Assembly: GCA_963805065.1 (NCBI GenBank)
Contig: CAWDSS010000010.1
Coordinates: 792,359-856,358 of the forward strand
DNA length: 64,000 bases
Origin: Candidatus Omnitrophota bacterium
Lineage (GTDB): Bacteria; Omnitrophota; Gorgyraeia; Gygaellales; Profunditerraquicolaceae
Reading direction: 5' to 3'
In this document: one piece after another, positions 1-9,702 of the stretch
How the letters are laid out: each line of letters starts with the position of its first letter
Numbering within the stretch: the first letter of the stretch is position 1
Notes under the pieces: generated by a model
Database searches by the model: none
What the model saw: the letters and a program-made list of their open reading frames with translations, nothing else
Told to the model about the DNA's origin: nothing
Program-made: the position numbers and the translations under genes

Positions 1-32
1 GCTCTCGTGAGAACTTTAGCATACTATCCAAA

Positions 33-473
33 ATGATTATGGGTAGTATTAAAAAGCAGGCGGGAGATAAAGGACAAGACGTACTATCTTTTCTTAAAGA
101 TATAAATCCTAAAGGGGTTTTTTGGAATGATTTTGTTTTGCAGACAGCGAACTTCAATCAATTAAATGACCTAATAACTTCAGAGGAATCTTTGCCAATT
201 GTTTTAAATACCGTTTTCAGAGATATTTCTTCAAAAGATATCTCCAGCTATGGTATACGTATTGCCTTATTCACAGATGTAGTACTCCAAGACAAAGATT
301 TTCCTTATCAGAATGACTTTCAATCGTATCTCTATGCTCGTTACATCCAGGCTCCTTCTGAGCAGCATCGTCGCCTTGCAGCTGCATTACTTTCCGTATA
401 TAAAGATAAATTAAATAGTATCCCTGCAGAGAAAATAAAGGAAATAGAGCAAAAGGAAAATATACAAGAGTAG
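33..473 (+). CDS. hypothetical protein, possibly 5'-truncated by the window edge
   Basis: ORF track. The same frame has no stop back to base 3, so the true start may lie upstream of the window. No recognisable motif. Confidence 0.4.
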   Translation: MIMGSIKKQAGDKGQDVLSFLKDINPKGVFWNDFVLQTANFNQLNDLITSEESLPIVLNTVFRDISSKDISSYGIRIALFTDVVLQDKDFPYQNDFQSYLYARYIQAPSEQHRRLAAALLSVYKDKLNSIPAEKIKEIEQKENIQE

Positions 474-500
474 CCTCCCACTCCGGTTCCCTATGACAGT

Positions 501-3500
501 ATGTTTAAAGATGGTAAATTAGTTATACATATTGTTTTCGCAGATAAAGATGCAGTACGAGACCATATGGCAAAGACCTATGAGTTCTTCAGGCAAGAAG
601 GGTTTAATAAAATAGCATCATCTTCTGACCAAAACCATATCACTCTTGAAAAAGGCATTACACGCTTAGTTCTTTTTAATGGTGATAAGCAAAAATATGA
701 TATCAGGCAGCATCTGAAGGAAGGCGTATTCGGCTATTTCGGCCGGATGCACGCTAATAATGAAGACCTATTTTTGCAAACTGAGGAAGTTATACCTGCG
801 AAAGACAAGTTGTTTTTCCTTTCATCTTGCCGCAGTGTTAATGTTATGGAAAAATTTGCTGAATATTATCCTGGTGCAGAGTTTATAGGCGCTAACGAAA
901 CAGCCTATGGTGACGAGGCCAATAAATTAACAAAGGCCTATATAGATTCTTTCTTAAAACGAATCCCTACTTATGAAGACATCAGAGAAAATATCCGAGC
1001 AAATGGCGACTTTAGAAACTATGTGTTGCCGGGAGGCCCGGAAGACAAGGTGCGGAATATTATGCTGAATTCTAAGGAACAATCCGCCGGCTCGCCTGTT
1101 GGAATTGGCTCTAGCCCGCTACAAATGACACAAGAAAACATAGATAATATCAAGGGATGGAGCGTAAGGGTAGTAGAGCCTAAGTGGGTAAATATGGAAA
1201 AAGGAGAAGTTGACATAGCCATTGATGCTGCGCCGGATGATATGTCTAGTGACGTAAAAAAAGGGAAAATGGTTTTAAAGATAAGGCCTAACGATGTAAA
1301 GAATAATGTAGAATTGGTTATTCATCCTAAGCAGGGAGGAGAAGTCATCCTTCAACCAGAAAACCCATATTTTAAAGGCGTTTTTGAGGCTGTGTCTAGC
1401 CACCTTCCTGTTAGGTTATTAATGGCAGATCTTTCGAAAGAGCATCTTTCTATTGAGAAAGCTCTAAGCGACTATAAATTCGCAGGTACTCTGAATGCGA
1501 TATTACAAAAAAATAAGGATCAGGTTACCGAGTTATTGAATGTTTCGATAAAACAACTGGAGTACGTAGAGCATCGATTTCCTGAAGCAGTGCCTATGTA
1601 TAAGGATATTTTTAGGTTACTGCTTAAAGAAGTTAATGAATCTGGTTTGCCTACAATGAAAACTAACAAAGATTTCTATACGTGGCTGTATGGGATTAAA
1701 AGCATTAACGATTATCTCGGCAGATATACTTTTGAAGATAAACAGCAGATACTTCGTCAAACCGTTAGTCATATAATGCAGGCTGATTATGCAATGGCAA
1801 TGAAGTCCGCCGGCTCGCCGATGGACGTAAATACCGCATCTTCGGCAATAGGCAGCGTTATAGGAAAACTAACGAATTTATTTGCCAGAAAAAACACTAT
1901 ACCCGATTCGCAAGTTGATTGGATCAAAGATTTAAAAAGGCTTAAGCAAATTCCAGAGATCAACACGTCGGAAGAAATGTCTATGGGGCTTGATTTGACA
2001 GAGACATTGTTGAAAAATTCATCAATTTCAGATTTGGTAGAGCAGTTTGGTGTGAAGCCGTTTATAGATATACTTATAAGTAGTGCGGGTAATGTGTCCG
2101 GTGTACGCTTTATAATGCCCAAATTCCGTTTAAATATGCTAACCGACAAAATACCGGGGTTCATTGGATGGGGCACAGAAAATACTAATTTGGATGAAGG
2201 ATTCAAGGAGTATCAGCGGCTTAGAGACGCGGAATTACTAATGCAGAAAACCCGACAACAGATAGAACCATTGGTTAGCGCTTTGGAACCCATAAAAGAT
2301 TTAATAAAAGATGGCGTTATTGATATGCGGCAAATTCAGCAGGTAATGGATTTATCGGGTGGAAGTATTAGCGCGGCCTCTAGGTCTCTATCCGATTTGT
2401 CTGAAGTTATAAAAACCAACGGTCTAGAGGATCTCATAGAATTGGTTAATATAAATCAGAACCCCAATATGTTAAGAATTAAATGGGGGCTTGGGCCTGA
2501 TGAGTTTGGCTGGTTATCAGAATACAGAGATTTACTTTTAAAATACGGGACAAAACCATTTATTTTCATGGCCGGTATTTTAAAGAAAGACCATGTGTTT
2601 AGTAGTAAAGATAAATCTTCGGAAAATATTCTCGAATTTGCAAAAGAGCTGGAAGAGGACAATATTATTGATACCTATGGAATAGAGGTAGCATGCGCTG
2701 TTTTGTTAAAAGAAAAAGAAATCTATATAAAAGGACTATATCCTAATAATCCAATTATTGAAAAAAAAGATTGGGAATTTTTAAACTCCGCTGCTCATTA
2801 TTTAAGGCTATTAAAAGAAAAGAATGCCCGGTCATTAGAAGATTGGTCAAGGATGTCGGAAGGCTTGATTATCAAGGAAGACATAGATGCATTTATAACC
2901 TACTATCAATTATTTAGCGAATATGGCCTGGAAAATGTGGCTATTCTCTCTAAGTCGGTACGAGCAGGCTATATAGAGGGGCTTTTTAAACGCAATCGTC
3001 CTATAATTCAAAAGGTTGGTATTGAATCTCTTGTAGAGTTAAGCAAGAAAGATAGTAATGTTTTAACCCGCCTGGCAGACGCTGATATGGAAACCTGGGC
3101 ATTATTGTTTCTCCAGCAAGGAAAAATTGGGTCAGGAGAAAAGGATTTAAGGCAAACAGTTTTACATCTTAATAACCTATCGGTTTTCTACGATATGGAT
3201 CAATTTGGCTATAAAGATAAGATTATGTCGGCATTGTTACAAGTATTACAACATAATAAACGATATGAAAAACTAAATTTAGTAGAAGACTTTCTGGTGA
3301 CAAATTTGTTCCGTAGCCGAGAAGTGCAAGATAAAATAAGCGATTATCTGGTGAAGGAAAAAACAGATGTTAAAAGGGCGCTAATTACAAGAGCGCTTTT
3401 TTGGAAATACGCCAAATTAAGTGATGAGAAAATTCACCCGTTCGACTCGCTGCACATAAATGATATGTACGACCAGGTAATATTAAATACAGAATCAAAG

Positions 3501-5348
3501 AACTTACCTCAGGCATTGAACTTTATTCCCACCTGCTCTGTTCTTACGGATAAAGGTATTATTACTACAACGCAGTTTCAATTCGCAGCGCAATCGGGAG
3601 ATTTGATAAATGCAATACCAAAACTGCTTTCCACTAAAATTGAAGAAGTTTTTAATCTAAAACTTCAAAAAAAGCATGAACTGGCGCAAAACGCGCTTAC
3701 CGATACAGATTTTCTAGTCGATCTATTTAATTTTCATAGAGCATATATTTCAAATAGCAATGCCTCTGAAGTGCTAAAAAGACTGGTAAAGGTGTATTTT
3801 GAAGAGGGGCCGGAAGGCGTTATGCGTTATAAAGCATCGCAGGAGCTCTCTAATCAACAAGCACCAGAACAGATAATATCCAAGTTTATGGAACTATCGC
3901 AGTTAGCAGCTACGGTACGCGAAGGAGAAGAATCAGAGCTTAATATATTTGAGCAATTATTTAAAACTACCCTAGATAGTTACGAAAGGCATATGCAAGA
4001 AAACAAGTTTGATATTAAAGGACTCGCCATAGATAATCAAGAGGATATTCATAGGCTGGAAGCAAGTATAAAGGGGTTTCTATCTCAAGCCAAGGATGTT
4101 GCTTTGCGAGATGCCTTAAGCTCAAATGAACCGGATAAACTATTAACCCTTAAGCTTTTCGGTAAAGATGAAAAAATACGTAATCAAGCCATAGGAATAT
4201 TTAAAAGAATTAACCTGATGCGACAAGAGGCAGATTTGGGCCAGGCGATAAAAATTGCTGAACAAATACGCGGTACTGAGAAGCTGCCTAATGAAGAGCA
4301 AAAAGATATGATTGGAAAACTAGCCGAATCAAATCAGGAAAGAATTCCTAAATTAATGCCGGTTATGAGAATGATTCATCAGCAGTTAATAGAAAAGGAT
4401 AAACCGGAGGCTCAAATAATAGCCGAACTGATAGGAACGCTTCAGGCGTTAAACGACTTTCCGAATTATCTTAACTCATTATCAGCTAATATGATTACTG
4501 CGGAAGTAAGTTTTGATCTTAAGGATACATTAAAGATCGGTCGCTTTGGCGCAAGCGGACAGGGCAATTGTCAAAGTAGCACTAATACTGGTAATTATAA
4601 CAAGAGCCTAATGAGTTTTATTGGAGATTCCCATGAGTTAATCATTATTTTGCGTGATAGCTCTAAGGATGTTATTGGATTTGCGCTCTTGCATGGAGTT
4701 TATCTTGATGATATGGAGTTTGCTTATGTAAAAGAAAGTGTATACACAAATGATAATACTCAAACTGCTCTGCAGGAAGAAGCTTCGAAAAAGATTGCCC
4801 GACAGATAGCAAACCTTTTACAAGTTAAAATATTAGAGGCTAACCCTCAGGAAGGAAAAGATTTTACAGTAACCATCCCTGAAAGCTACGTTCCAAGGTA
4901 TTTAGATTCTTTGGGCGGAGCAGTGCAGCCTTTGAAAATACAGAGAGATATAAAGGCAACAATTATTGAGCCAGCATCATCTAATCTTATAAAACAATCC
5001 TCCGGCTCGCCGATGGATTTAAAGGGTGGTATTGACCTTTCTAAAATTGAACTTACGCTGAAAGACGAAAAGTATATGTCTAGCCTTAGTCCTGCGGATG
5101 TAAAAGTATTGCGGGCGGCAAAGGCATTAAAAGATCAGTGGGACAGTCTGTCGCTATTGTATGTTCATGAGATAATGCTGATGATGAAGGACGGGCTGGT
5201 CAAAGACCTGCAAAATAAAAATGTGCTGCTAAATGTAATGGATCAGTTAAAATCAAGGTCATTCTTAGACCCGCAGGCAATGCAATTCTTCAATCTAATT
5301 CTATTAGAAAAATCGCCTTCCGAAATCAAACTCGCCCTATCGAATTAA
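501..5348 (+). CDS. giant hypothetical protein (1615 aa) with a thrice-repeated S-[AS]-G-S-P-[VM] motif
   Basis: Uninterrupted 4.8-kb ORF in an AT-rich background. No catalytic motif recognised. The motif occurs at about aa 195, 436 and 1500. Confidence 0.7.
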   Translation: MFKDGKLVIHIVFADKDAVRDHMAKTYEFFRQEGFNKIASSSDQNHITLEKGITRLVLFNGDKQKYDIRQHLKEGVFGYFGRMHANNEDLFLQTEEVIPAKDKLFFLSSCRSVNVMEKFAEYYPGAEFIGANETAYGDEANKLTKAYIDSFLKRIPTYEDIRENIRANGDFRNYVLPGGPEDKVRNIMLNSKEQSAGSPVGIGSSPLQMTQENIDNIKGWSVRVVEPKWVNMEKGEVDIAIDAAPDDMSSDVKKGKMVLKIRPNDVKNNVELVIHPKQGGEVILQPENPYFKGVFEAVSSHLPVRLLMADLSKEHLSIEKALSDYKFAGTLNAILQKNKDQVTELLNVSIKQLEYVEHRFPEAVPMYKDIFRLLLKEVNESGLPTMKTNKDFYTWLYGIKSINDYLGRYTFEDKQQILRQTVSHIMQADYAMAMKSAGSPMDVNTASSAIGSVIGKLTNLFARKNTIPDSQVDWIKDLKRLKQIPEINTSEEMSMGLDLTETLLKNSSISDLVEQFGVKPFIDILISSAGNVSGVRFIMPKFRLNMLTDKIPGFIGWGTENTNLDEGFKEYQRLRDAELLMQKTRQQIEPLVSALEPIKDLIKDGVIDMRQIQQVMDLSGGSISAASRSLSDLSEVIKTNGLEDLIELVNINQNPNMLRIKWGLGPDEFGWLSEYRDLLLKYGTKPFIFMAGILKKDHVFSSKDKSSENILEFAKELEEDNIIDTYGIEVACAVLLKEKEIYIKGLYPNNPIIEKKDWEFLNSAAHYLRLLKEKNARSLEDWSRMSEGLIIKEDIDAFITYYQLFSEYGLENVAILSKSVRAGYIEGLFKRNRPIIQKVGIESLVELSKKDSNVLTRLADADMETWALLFLQQGKIGSGEKDLRQTVLHLNNLSVFYDMDQFGYKDKIMSALLQVLQHNKRYEKLNLVEDFLVTNLFRSREVQDKISDYLVKEKTDVKRALITRALFWKYAKLSDEKIHPFDSLHINDMYDQVILNTESKNLPQALNFIPTCSVLTDKGIITTTQFQFAAQSGDLINAIPKLLSTKIEEVFNLKLQKKHELAQNALTDTDFLVDLFNFHRAYISNSNASEVLKRLVKVYFEEGPEGVMRYKASQELSNQQAPEQIISKFMELSQLAATVREGEESELNIFEQLFKTTLDSYERHMQENKFDIKGLAIDNQEDIHRLEASIKGFLSQAKDVALRDALSSNEPDKLLTLKLFGKDEKIRNQAIGIFKRINLMRQEADLGQAIKIAEQIRGTEKLPNEEQKDMIGKLAESNQERIPKLMPVMRMIHQQLIEKDKPEAQIIAELIGTLQALNDFPNYLNSLSANMITAEVSFDLKDTLKIGRFGASGQGNCQSSTNTGNYNKSLMSFIGDSHELIIILRDSSKDVIGFALLHGVYLDDMEFAYVKESVYTNDNTQTALQEEASKKIARQIANLLQVKILEANPQEGKDFTVTIPESYVPRYLDSLGGAVQPLKIQRDIKATIIEPASSNLIKQSSGSPMDLKGGIDLSKIELTLKDEKYMSSLSPADVKVLRAAKALKDQWDSLSLLYVHEIMLMMKDGLVKDLQNKNVLLNVMDQLKSRSFLDPQAMQFFNLILLEKSPSEIKLALSN

Positions 5349-5418
5349 TACTATTATTTTGCTTCAGTGTTTGTTCGCGTGCTGAAATCTGTCTTATTCT
5401 CCTCACGCTCTACATTAC

Positions 5419-5748
5419 GCGGGTCCTGCCTGCCGAGCCACCCTTTTCGTGCTCATTCACCTCGTCCCGCCATTGGCGGGCCTCGGCTGATTCTGCGCGA
5501 AAAGGGGACTCGGCTCGGCAGTCACCCGCTAATATACAAGGCGCTCGGAGATTGAATCTGACTATTTGTCGAAGAATTTTATGCGTTTCGCTGAAGGCAC
5601 ATTAGAAAATTTTCGGCACAGCTATTAAATAGTAGTGCGCAAGGAATTACGCTGAACGAAAGGCAGCGCTTAAGCGTAAGTCACCATGACCGAAAGTGAG
5701 GCGTAAGCCGAAGCGCACGGCGAAAATTTTCAGTGCCGGAAGCGAAAC
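5419..5748 (+). ncRNA. candidate structured non-coding RNA, family not recognised
   Basis: Two long imperfect helices. Helix 1: 5419-5449 pairs with 5498-5529, with an inner GC hairpin at 5466-5480. Helix 2: 5585-5620 pairs with 5719-5748 and encloses small hairpins, including GGC-GTAA-GCC at 5700-5709. The region is GC-rich compared with its flanks. Confidence 0.4.
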
Positions 5749-5787
5749 CATAAAATAAATAAGTCGAAGTGAGAATAGCATTTGAAC

Positions 5788-5816
5788 TTGTATTTTGCGA
5801 CTTGGCGTGGTATGAT
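5788..5816 (+). promoter_or_regulatory. putative sigma70-type promoter (TTGTAT, 17-nt spacer, extended -10 TGGTATGAT)
   Basis: Hexamers read directly. The SD GGAGGAGG at 5828-5835 precedes the ATG at 5846. Confidence 0.4.
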
Positions 5817-5845
5817 AGCAAGCTATGGAGGAGGCAAAAACAAAC

Positions 5846-6166
5846 ATGATTACTTACGAGGATTTCAAGAAATTAGAGTTGAAAGTGGCTGAAATTAAAG
5901 AAGTTATTGAACATCCTAACGCAGACAGGCTGTATGTTATAACCATTGACTTGGGAGACAAAACTAAGCAGATTGTTGCCGGGATAAGAGCAAATTACCA
6001 GAAAGAAGATTTAATAGGCAAGCAAGTGGTAGTAGCGGATAATTTAGAGCCGGCAATTTTACGCGGCATAGAAAGCCAAGGCATGCTTTTAGCAGCTTCA
6101 GATGAAACTGGCATAGTTATTATCAGTCCGGAACGCAAAATGAAATTAGGAAGCATAGTCAAATGA
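5846..6166 (+). CDS. stand-alone tRNA-binding (OB-fold, CsaA/Trbp111-like) domain protein
   Basis: The sequence ITYEDFKKLELKVAEI..HPNADRLYV..DLG...QIVAGI resembles the C-terminal tRNA-binding domain of MetRS/CsaA. I prefer the internal ATG at 5846 (strong SD) over the ORF-track start at 5825. Confidence 0.75.
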   Translation: MITYEDFKKLELKVAEIKEVIEHPNADRLYVITIDLGDKTKQIVAGIRANYQKEDLIGKQVVVADNLEPAILRGIESQGMLLAASDETGIVIISPERKMKLGSIVK

Positions 6167-6654
6167 TCAAACAATTCATTCCGCAAGAATATTGCTTAAA
6201 ATGTCAGGGCTGCTGCAGATTTAGGGAGGCAAATTCTGTCTGGTCTCCCTGTTTATTGGAGGAAGAAGTCCAGGATCTGCTAGATAGGAAAATACCCCCT
6301 GCAAACATAGACTCTAAGAGAAGAATACAGCCAGTGCCTGATGCAAAACAAGAAGGATTTATTTGTCCGCTTCTAAATTGCCAGGATAATAAGTGCAAGA
6401 TTTATACATTCCGTCCGTTTGAATGTCAGCTATACCCGTTTCTCATTAGCGTGCGAGACAAGAAAGTGCTTTTGACCGTAGATTTAAATTGCCCTTACGT
6501 AGAGGAAAATTTACAAGCCCAAGAATTTAAAGATTATGCTAAAGAGCTGACTGCAATCTTGAATTCCGCGCCACAAAAAAGGATCCTAAAAGATAACCCC
6601 CAGATTATCCAGGCATACCAGGAAGTCCTGGATGTGATTGAGTTACAAATCTAA
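6163..6654 (+). CDS. YkgJ-family cysteine-cluster (CxxCxxCC) protein
   Basis: N-terminal CLKCQGCC motif plus additional Cys pairs. Its start overlaps the upstream stop. Confidence 0.65.
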   Translation: MIKQFIPQEYCLKCQGCCRFREANSVWSPCLLEEEVQDLLDRKIPPANIDSKRRIQPVPDAKQEGFICPLLNCQDNKCKIYTFRPFECQLYPFLISVRDKKVLLTVDLNCPYVEENLQAQEFKDYAKELTAILNSAPQKRILKDNPQIIQAYQEVLDVIELQI

Positions 6655-7550
6655 TGAAATTAAAACAAATATCGCTTAAGGATAAAGCGGTATTCGATAA
6701 ATATTTAAACTTAAGACGGCATGAATTATCGGTTTATGCCTTCGAAAACATTTATATCTGGAAGGCGCTTTGTGATGTTGAATGGTGCTTGATAAGGAAG
6801 AGCCTCTGTATATTCCTGCGAGATGGATTAGGCTCATTTTTATATCTTCCTCCTTTGTCGCCTGAAAAGGACCCCGAAGTTATCGAAGAAGTTTTTAAAA
6901 TCCTGAACAAGCTTAACAAAAATAAGAATGCCTCACGCATAGAGAACATCGAAGAAAAAGACATTTCTTTTTATGAAAAGTCAGGTTATAGCTGTAATCA
7001 AAAATCATCTGATTACCTTTGCTTAAGAGCTGACCTGGCTAACCTCAGGGGGAATAAATTCAAGTCCAAGCGCGCAAGTTTTAATTATTTTGTAAAAAAT
7101 CAAAGCTTTGAATACCTGCCATTTGCTTTGCAAGACAAGCGCGGCTGCTTAGAATTATATGATGGCTGGATGATGCAGCGTAGTTCGTTAACAAAAGATC
7201 GCGTGTATCTGGGGATGCTGGAAGACAGTAAGCACTGTTTTAAGTTGATGCTGGATGCCTATCGCAATTTAAACCTTGCGGGAAGGGTGGTAAAAATAAA
7301 CAATGAGATAAGGGCATTTACCTTCGGTTTTCCGCTAAACAATAACACATTTTGCATATTATACGAGATAACCGATTTATCTGTTAAGGGCCTGGCACAA
7401 TTTATCTTTGCCAAATTTAGTAGCGAATTAAAAGAATACAAATACATCAACATTATGGATGATTCAGGCCTGGAAAACTTAAAAAAAGTAAAGCTTTCCT
7501 ATCATCCCGTAAGATTAGTCCCTGGTTATATTGCTACACAAAAGCATTAA
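6654..7550 (+). CDS. DUF2156 / LPG-synthase-C-like (aminoacyl-tRNA-dependent transferase fold) protein
   Basis: N-terminal ..VYAFENIYIWK.. and C-terminal INIMDDSGLENLKKVKLSYHP resemble the MprF C-terminal domain family. Confidence 0.65.
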   Translation: MKLKQISLKDKAVFDKYLNLRRHELSVYAFENIYIWKALCDVEWCLIRKSLCIFLRDGLGSFLYLPPLSPEKDPEVIEEVFKILNKLNKNKNASRIENIEEKDISFYEKSGYSCNQKSSDYLCLRADLANLRGNKFKSKRASFNYFVKNQSFEYLPFALQDKRGCLELYDGWMMQRSSLTKDRVYLGMLEDSKHCFKLMLDAYRNLNLAGRVVKINNEIRAFTFGFPLNNNTFCILYEITDLSVKGLAQFIFAKFSSELKEYKYINIMDDSGLENLKKVKLSYHPVRLVPGYIATQKH

Positions 7551-7553
7551 CCC

Positions 7554-8375
7554 ATGAATAAAGATTTAGATGAGATAGAATTTACAATTTTCGATACTGA
7601 AACTACCGGCCTTGAGCCGAGCTCAGGAGACAGGGTAGTAGAAATTGCAGCCATCAGGCTAAAAGGCAAACAAAAAATAGCTACTTTCAATAGCTTGGTT
7701 AATCCCCAAAGGCAAATTTCAGAAGCTGCATTTGCCGTGAATAAAATTACTCCTGAGATGCTAAAGGACGCACCTGCAATAGGCACTGTGATGCCCAAAT
7801 TCTTAAAGTTTATCGAAGGAAGTTGTCCTTGTTCTTATAATGCTAATTTTGACGTAGAGTTTTTAAATAATGAATTAAAGCTTATTGGCCAGGATGTCCT
7901 AAAAGGCATTGCATTTGTAGATATTTTAAAAATGGCTAAAAGGCTAATGCCGGGTTTAGAGCGTTACCCGCTCTGGTTTGTAGCTGATAAACTGGGGATA
8001 AAAACTCCCCAACAGCATAGAGCGCTTTCGGATGTTGAATTGACCTTGGGCGTATTCGATAAATTAAGAGAAATGCTCAAAGCAAAAGGCGTGTATGATT
8101 TCGATAAATTCCTGGCACTGTTTAACATCGATCCGCTGTTGTCCCATAATTTACTCAACCAGAGAATTGCCGAGATCCAGGAGGCAATTGACCTGGGGGT
8201 AAAACTGAATATGCAATACCTTTCCCGGTCAAATGCGGAAGTTTCCGAGCGGGAAGTCATTCCCAAGGAGATAAAGAAGGATAGAGACATCAGTTATTTG
8301 GTGGCTTTCTGTTGCATGCGTAACGAAGAGCGCACTTTTAGAATCGATGGCATATTACACCTGGAAATCGTATAA
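7554..8375 (+). CDS. DnaQ/epsilon-like 3'-5' exonuclease with a WYL-like C-terminal domain
   Basis: ExoI motif FDTETTGL and ExoIII motif HRALSDV. The C-terminal sequence RTFRIDGI is WYL-like. Confidence 0.7.
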   Translation: MNKDLDEIEFTIFDTETTGLEPSSGDRVVEIAAIRLKGKQKIATFNSLVNPQRQISEAAFAVNKITPEMLKDAPAIGTVMPKFLKFIEGSCPCSYNANFDVEFLNNELKLIGQDVLKGIAFVDILKMAKRLMPGLERYPLWFVADKLGIKTPQQHRALSDVELTLGVFDKLREMLKAKGVYDFDKFLALFNIDPLLSHNLLNQRIAEIQEAIDLGVKLNMQYLSRSNAEVSEREVIPKEIKKDRDISYLVAFCCMRNEERTFRIDGILHLEIV

Positions 8376-9702
8376 ACTAAACATAGACCCGATTAGAATA
8401 TTCGAAATCTTAAGCCGGAAAAACCACTGCTTTTTTCTGGACAGTAGCCTCCACGGCAGGTATTCATTTTTAGGGATAGAGCCGTTCCATACGTTACAAA
8501 CCAAAAATGCAGAGCCTTTTAATAATCTAAGACAGTTGTTATCCCAATACAAGATTTCAGTTAAAAAAAATAGTATTCCGTTTCTGGGGGGCGCAGTAGG
8601 TTTCTTAAGTTATGATTTAGGCTTTCTTCTGGAAAAAAAGCTTATTCGTAAAACCAGGGATGATTTGGCCATCCCGCATTGTTTTTTCGCATTCTATAAC
8701 ACGGCAATCATCATCGATAATCTCAAAAAATTACTTTATGTATTTGCCGTAGGCTTTCCGGAGAAAAGATACGGCCCCGGGAAAAGCCTTTGCCAAGCAA
8801 ACATTAAAAAAATACAAAACCTGCTTTTGCGCTGTGAGACGCATAAGGCTTATAGCAGTAAAAATAAAGCAGAAACCAATCATTCTAGCCTTGAGTCTAA
8901 CTTTAGTCGAAAAGATTATCTCTTGGCAGTAAAGAAAGCAAAACAATACATAAAAGCAGGGGATATTTATCAGGTTAACCTTGCGCAAAGATTTAGCGCC
9001 AGGACTAAAGTTTGCGCTGACAAAATTTATCAGAGGTTGCGCAGATTAAGCCCCTCTGATTTTAGCGCTTATTTTGATGCCCAGGATTTTCAGATTATCA
9101 GTTCTTCACCGGAAAGATTCTTAAAATTGGAAAATAATACAGTGATTACCACTCCCATGAAAGGCACCCGCTCGCGCGGGGAAACCTCAGCACAAGACGC
9201 ACTGCTTAAGAATGAATTGTTAAACAGCAAAAAAGACAAAGCAGAATTAACCATGATTGTGGATTTGGAGCGCAATGACTTGGGAAGAGTTTGTAAATAC
9301 GGCTCTGTAAAAGTTAATGCATTAAGAAAATTAGAAAAATACAATACGGTGTTTCAGACCACTGCCACGGTTAGCGGGCAACTGCACAAAGACAAAGACA
9401 GGCTGGATTTACTGCGTGCCTGTTTTCCCGGCGGCTCCATAACGGGATGCCCCAAAATCAGGGCTATGGAGATTATCGAGGAGCTTGAGCCAAACAGCCG
9501 CTCAATTTATACCGGCTCTCTTGGTTATTTAAGTTTTTCCGGCGGCATGGATTTTAACATTCTCATCCGCAGCATATTAAAAAAGAAAGATAAGCTTTAT
9601 TTTGGCGTGGGAGGCGGGATTGTGGCTGATTCAGACCCGCAATCCGAATACGAGGAAACGCTTGTGAAGGCAAAGGCAATGATTGAGGCAATAGAAAACT
9701 AA
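8347..9702 (+). CDS. pabB: aminodeoxychorismate/anthranilate synthase component I
   Basis: Chorismate-binding motifs: GDIYQVNLAQRF, PMKGT, FPGGSITGCPK, YTGSLGY. Confidence 0.8.
   Translation: MAYYTWKSYKLNIDPIRIFEILSRKNHCFFLDSSLHGRYSFLGIEPFHTLQTKNAEPFNNLRQLLSQYKISVKKNSIPFLGGAVGFLSYDLGFLLEKKLIRKTRDDLAIPHCFFAFYNTAIIIDNLKKLLYVFAVGFPEKRYGPGKSLCQANIKKIQNLLLRCETHKAYSSKNKAETNHSSLESNFSRKDYLLAVKKAKQYIKAGDIYQVNLAQRFSARTKVCADKIYQRLRRLSPSDFSAYFDAQDFQIISSSPERFLKLENNTVITTPMKGTRSRGETSAQDALLKNELLNSKKDKAELTMIVDLERNDLGRVCKYGSVKVNALRKLEKYNTVFQTTATVSGQLHKDKDRLDLLRACFPGGSITGCPKIRAMEIIEELEPNSRSIYTGSLGYLSFSGGMDFNILIRSILKKKDKLYFGVGGGIVADSDPQSEYEETLVKAKAMIEAIEN

Noticed and set aside
5367-5847. ORF-track entries 5367..5555 (+) and 5647..5847 (-) as protein-coding genes
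   Set aside because: Both lie entirely within GC-rich inverted repeats. Their translations are Arg/Pro/Ser-rich with no SD or motif. The base-pairing pattern explains the open frames better than coding does.
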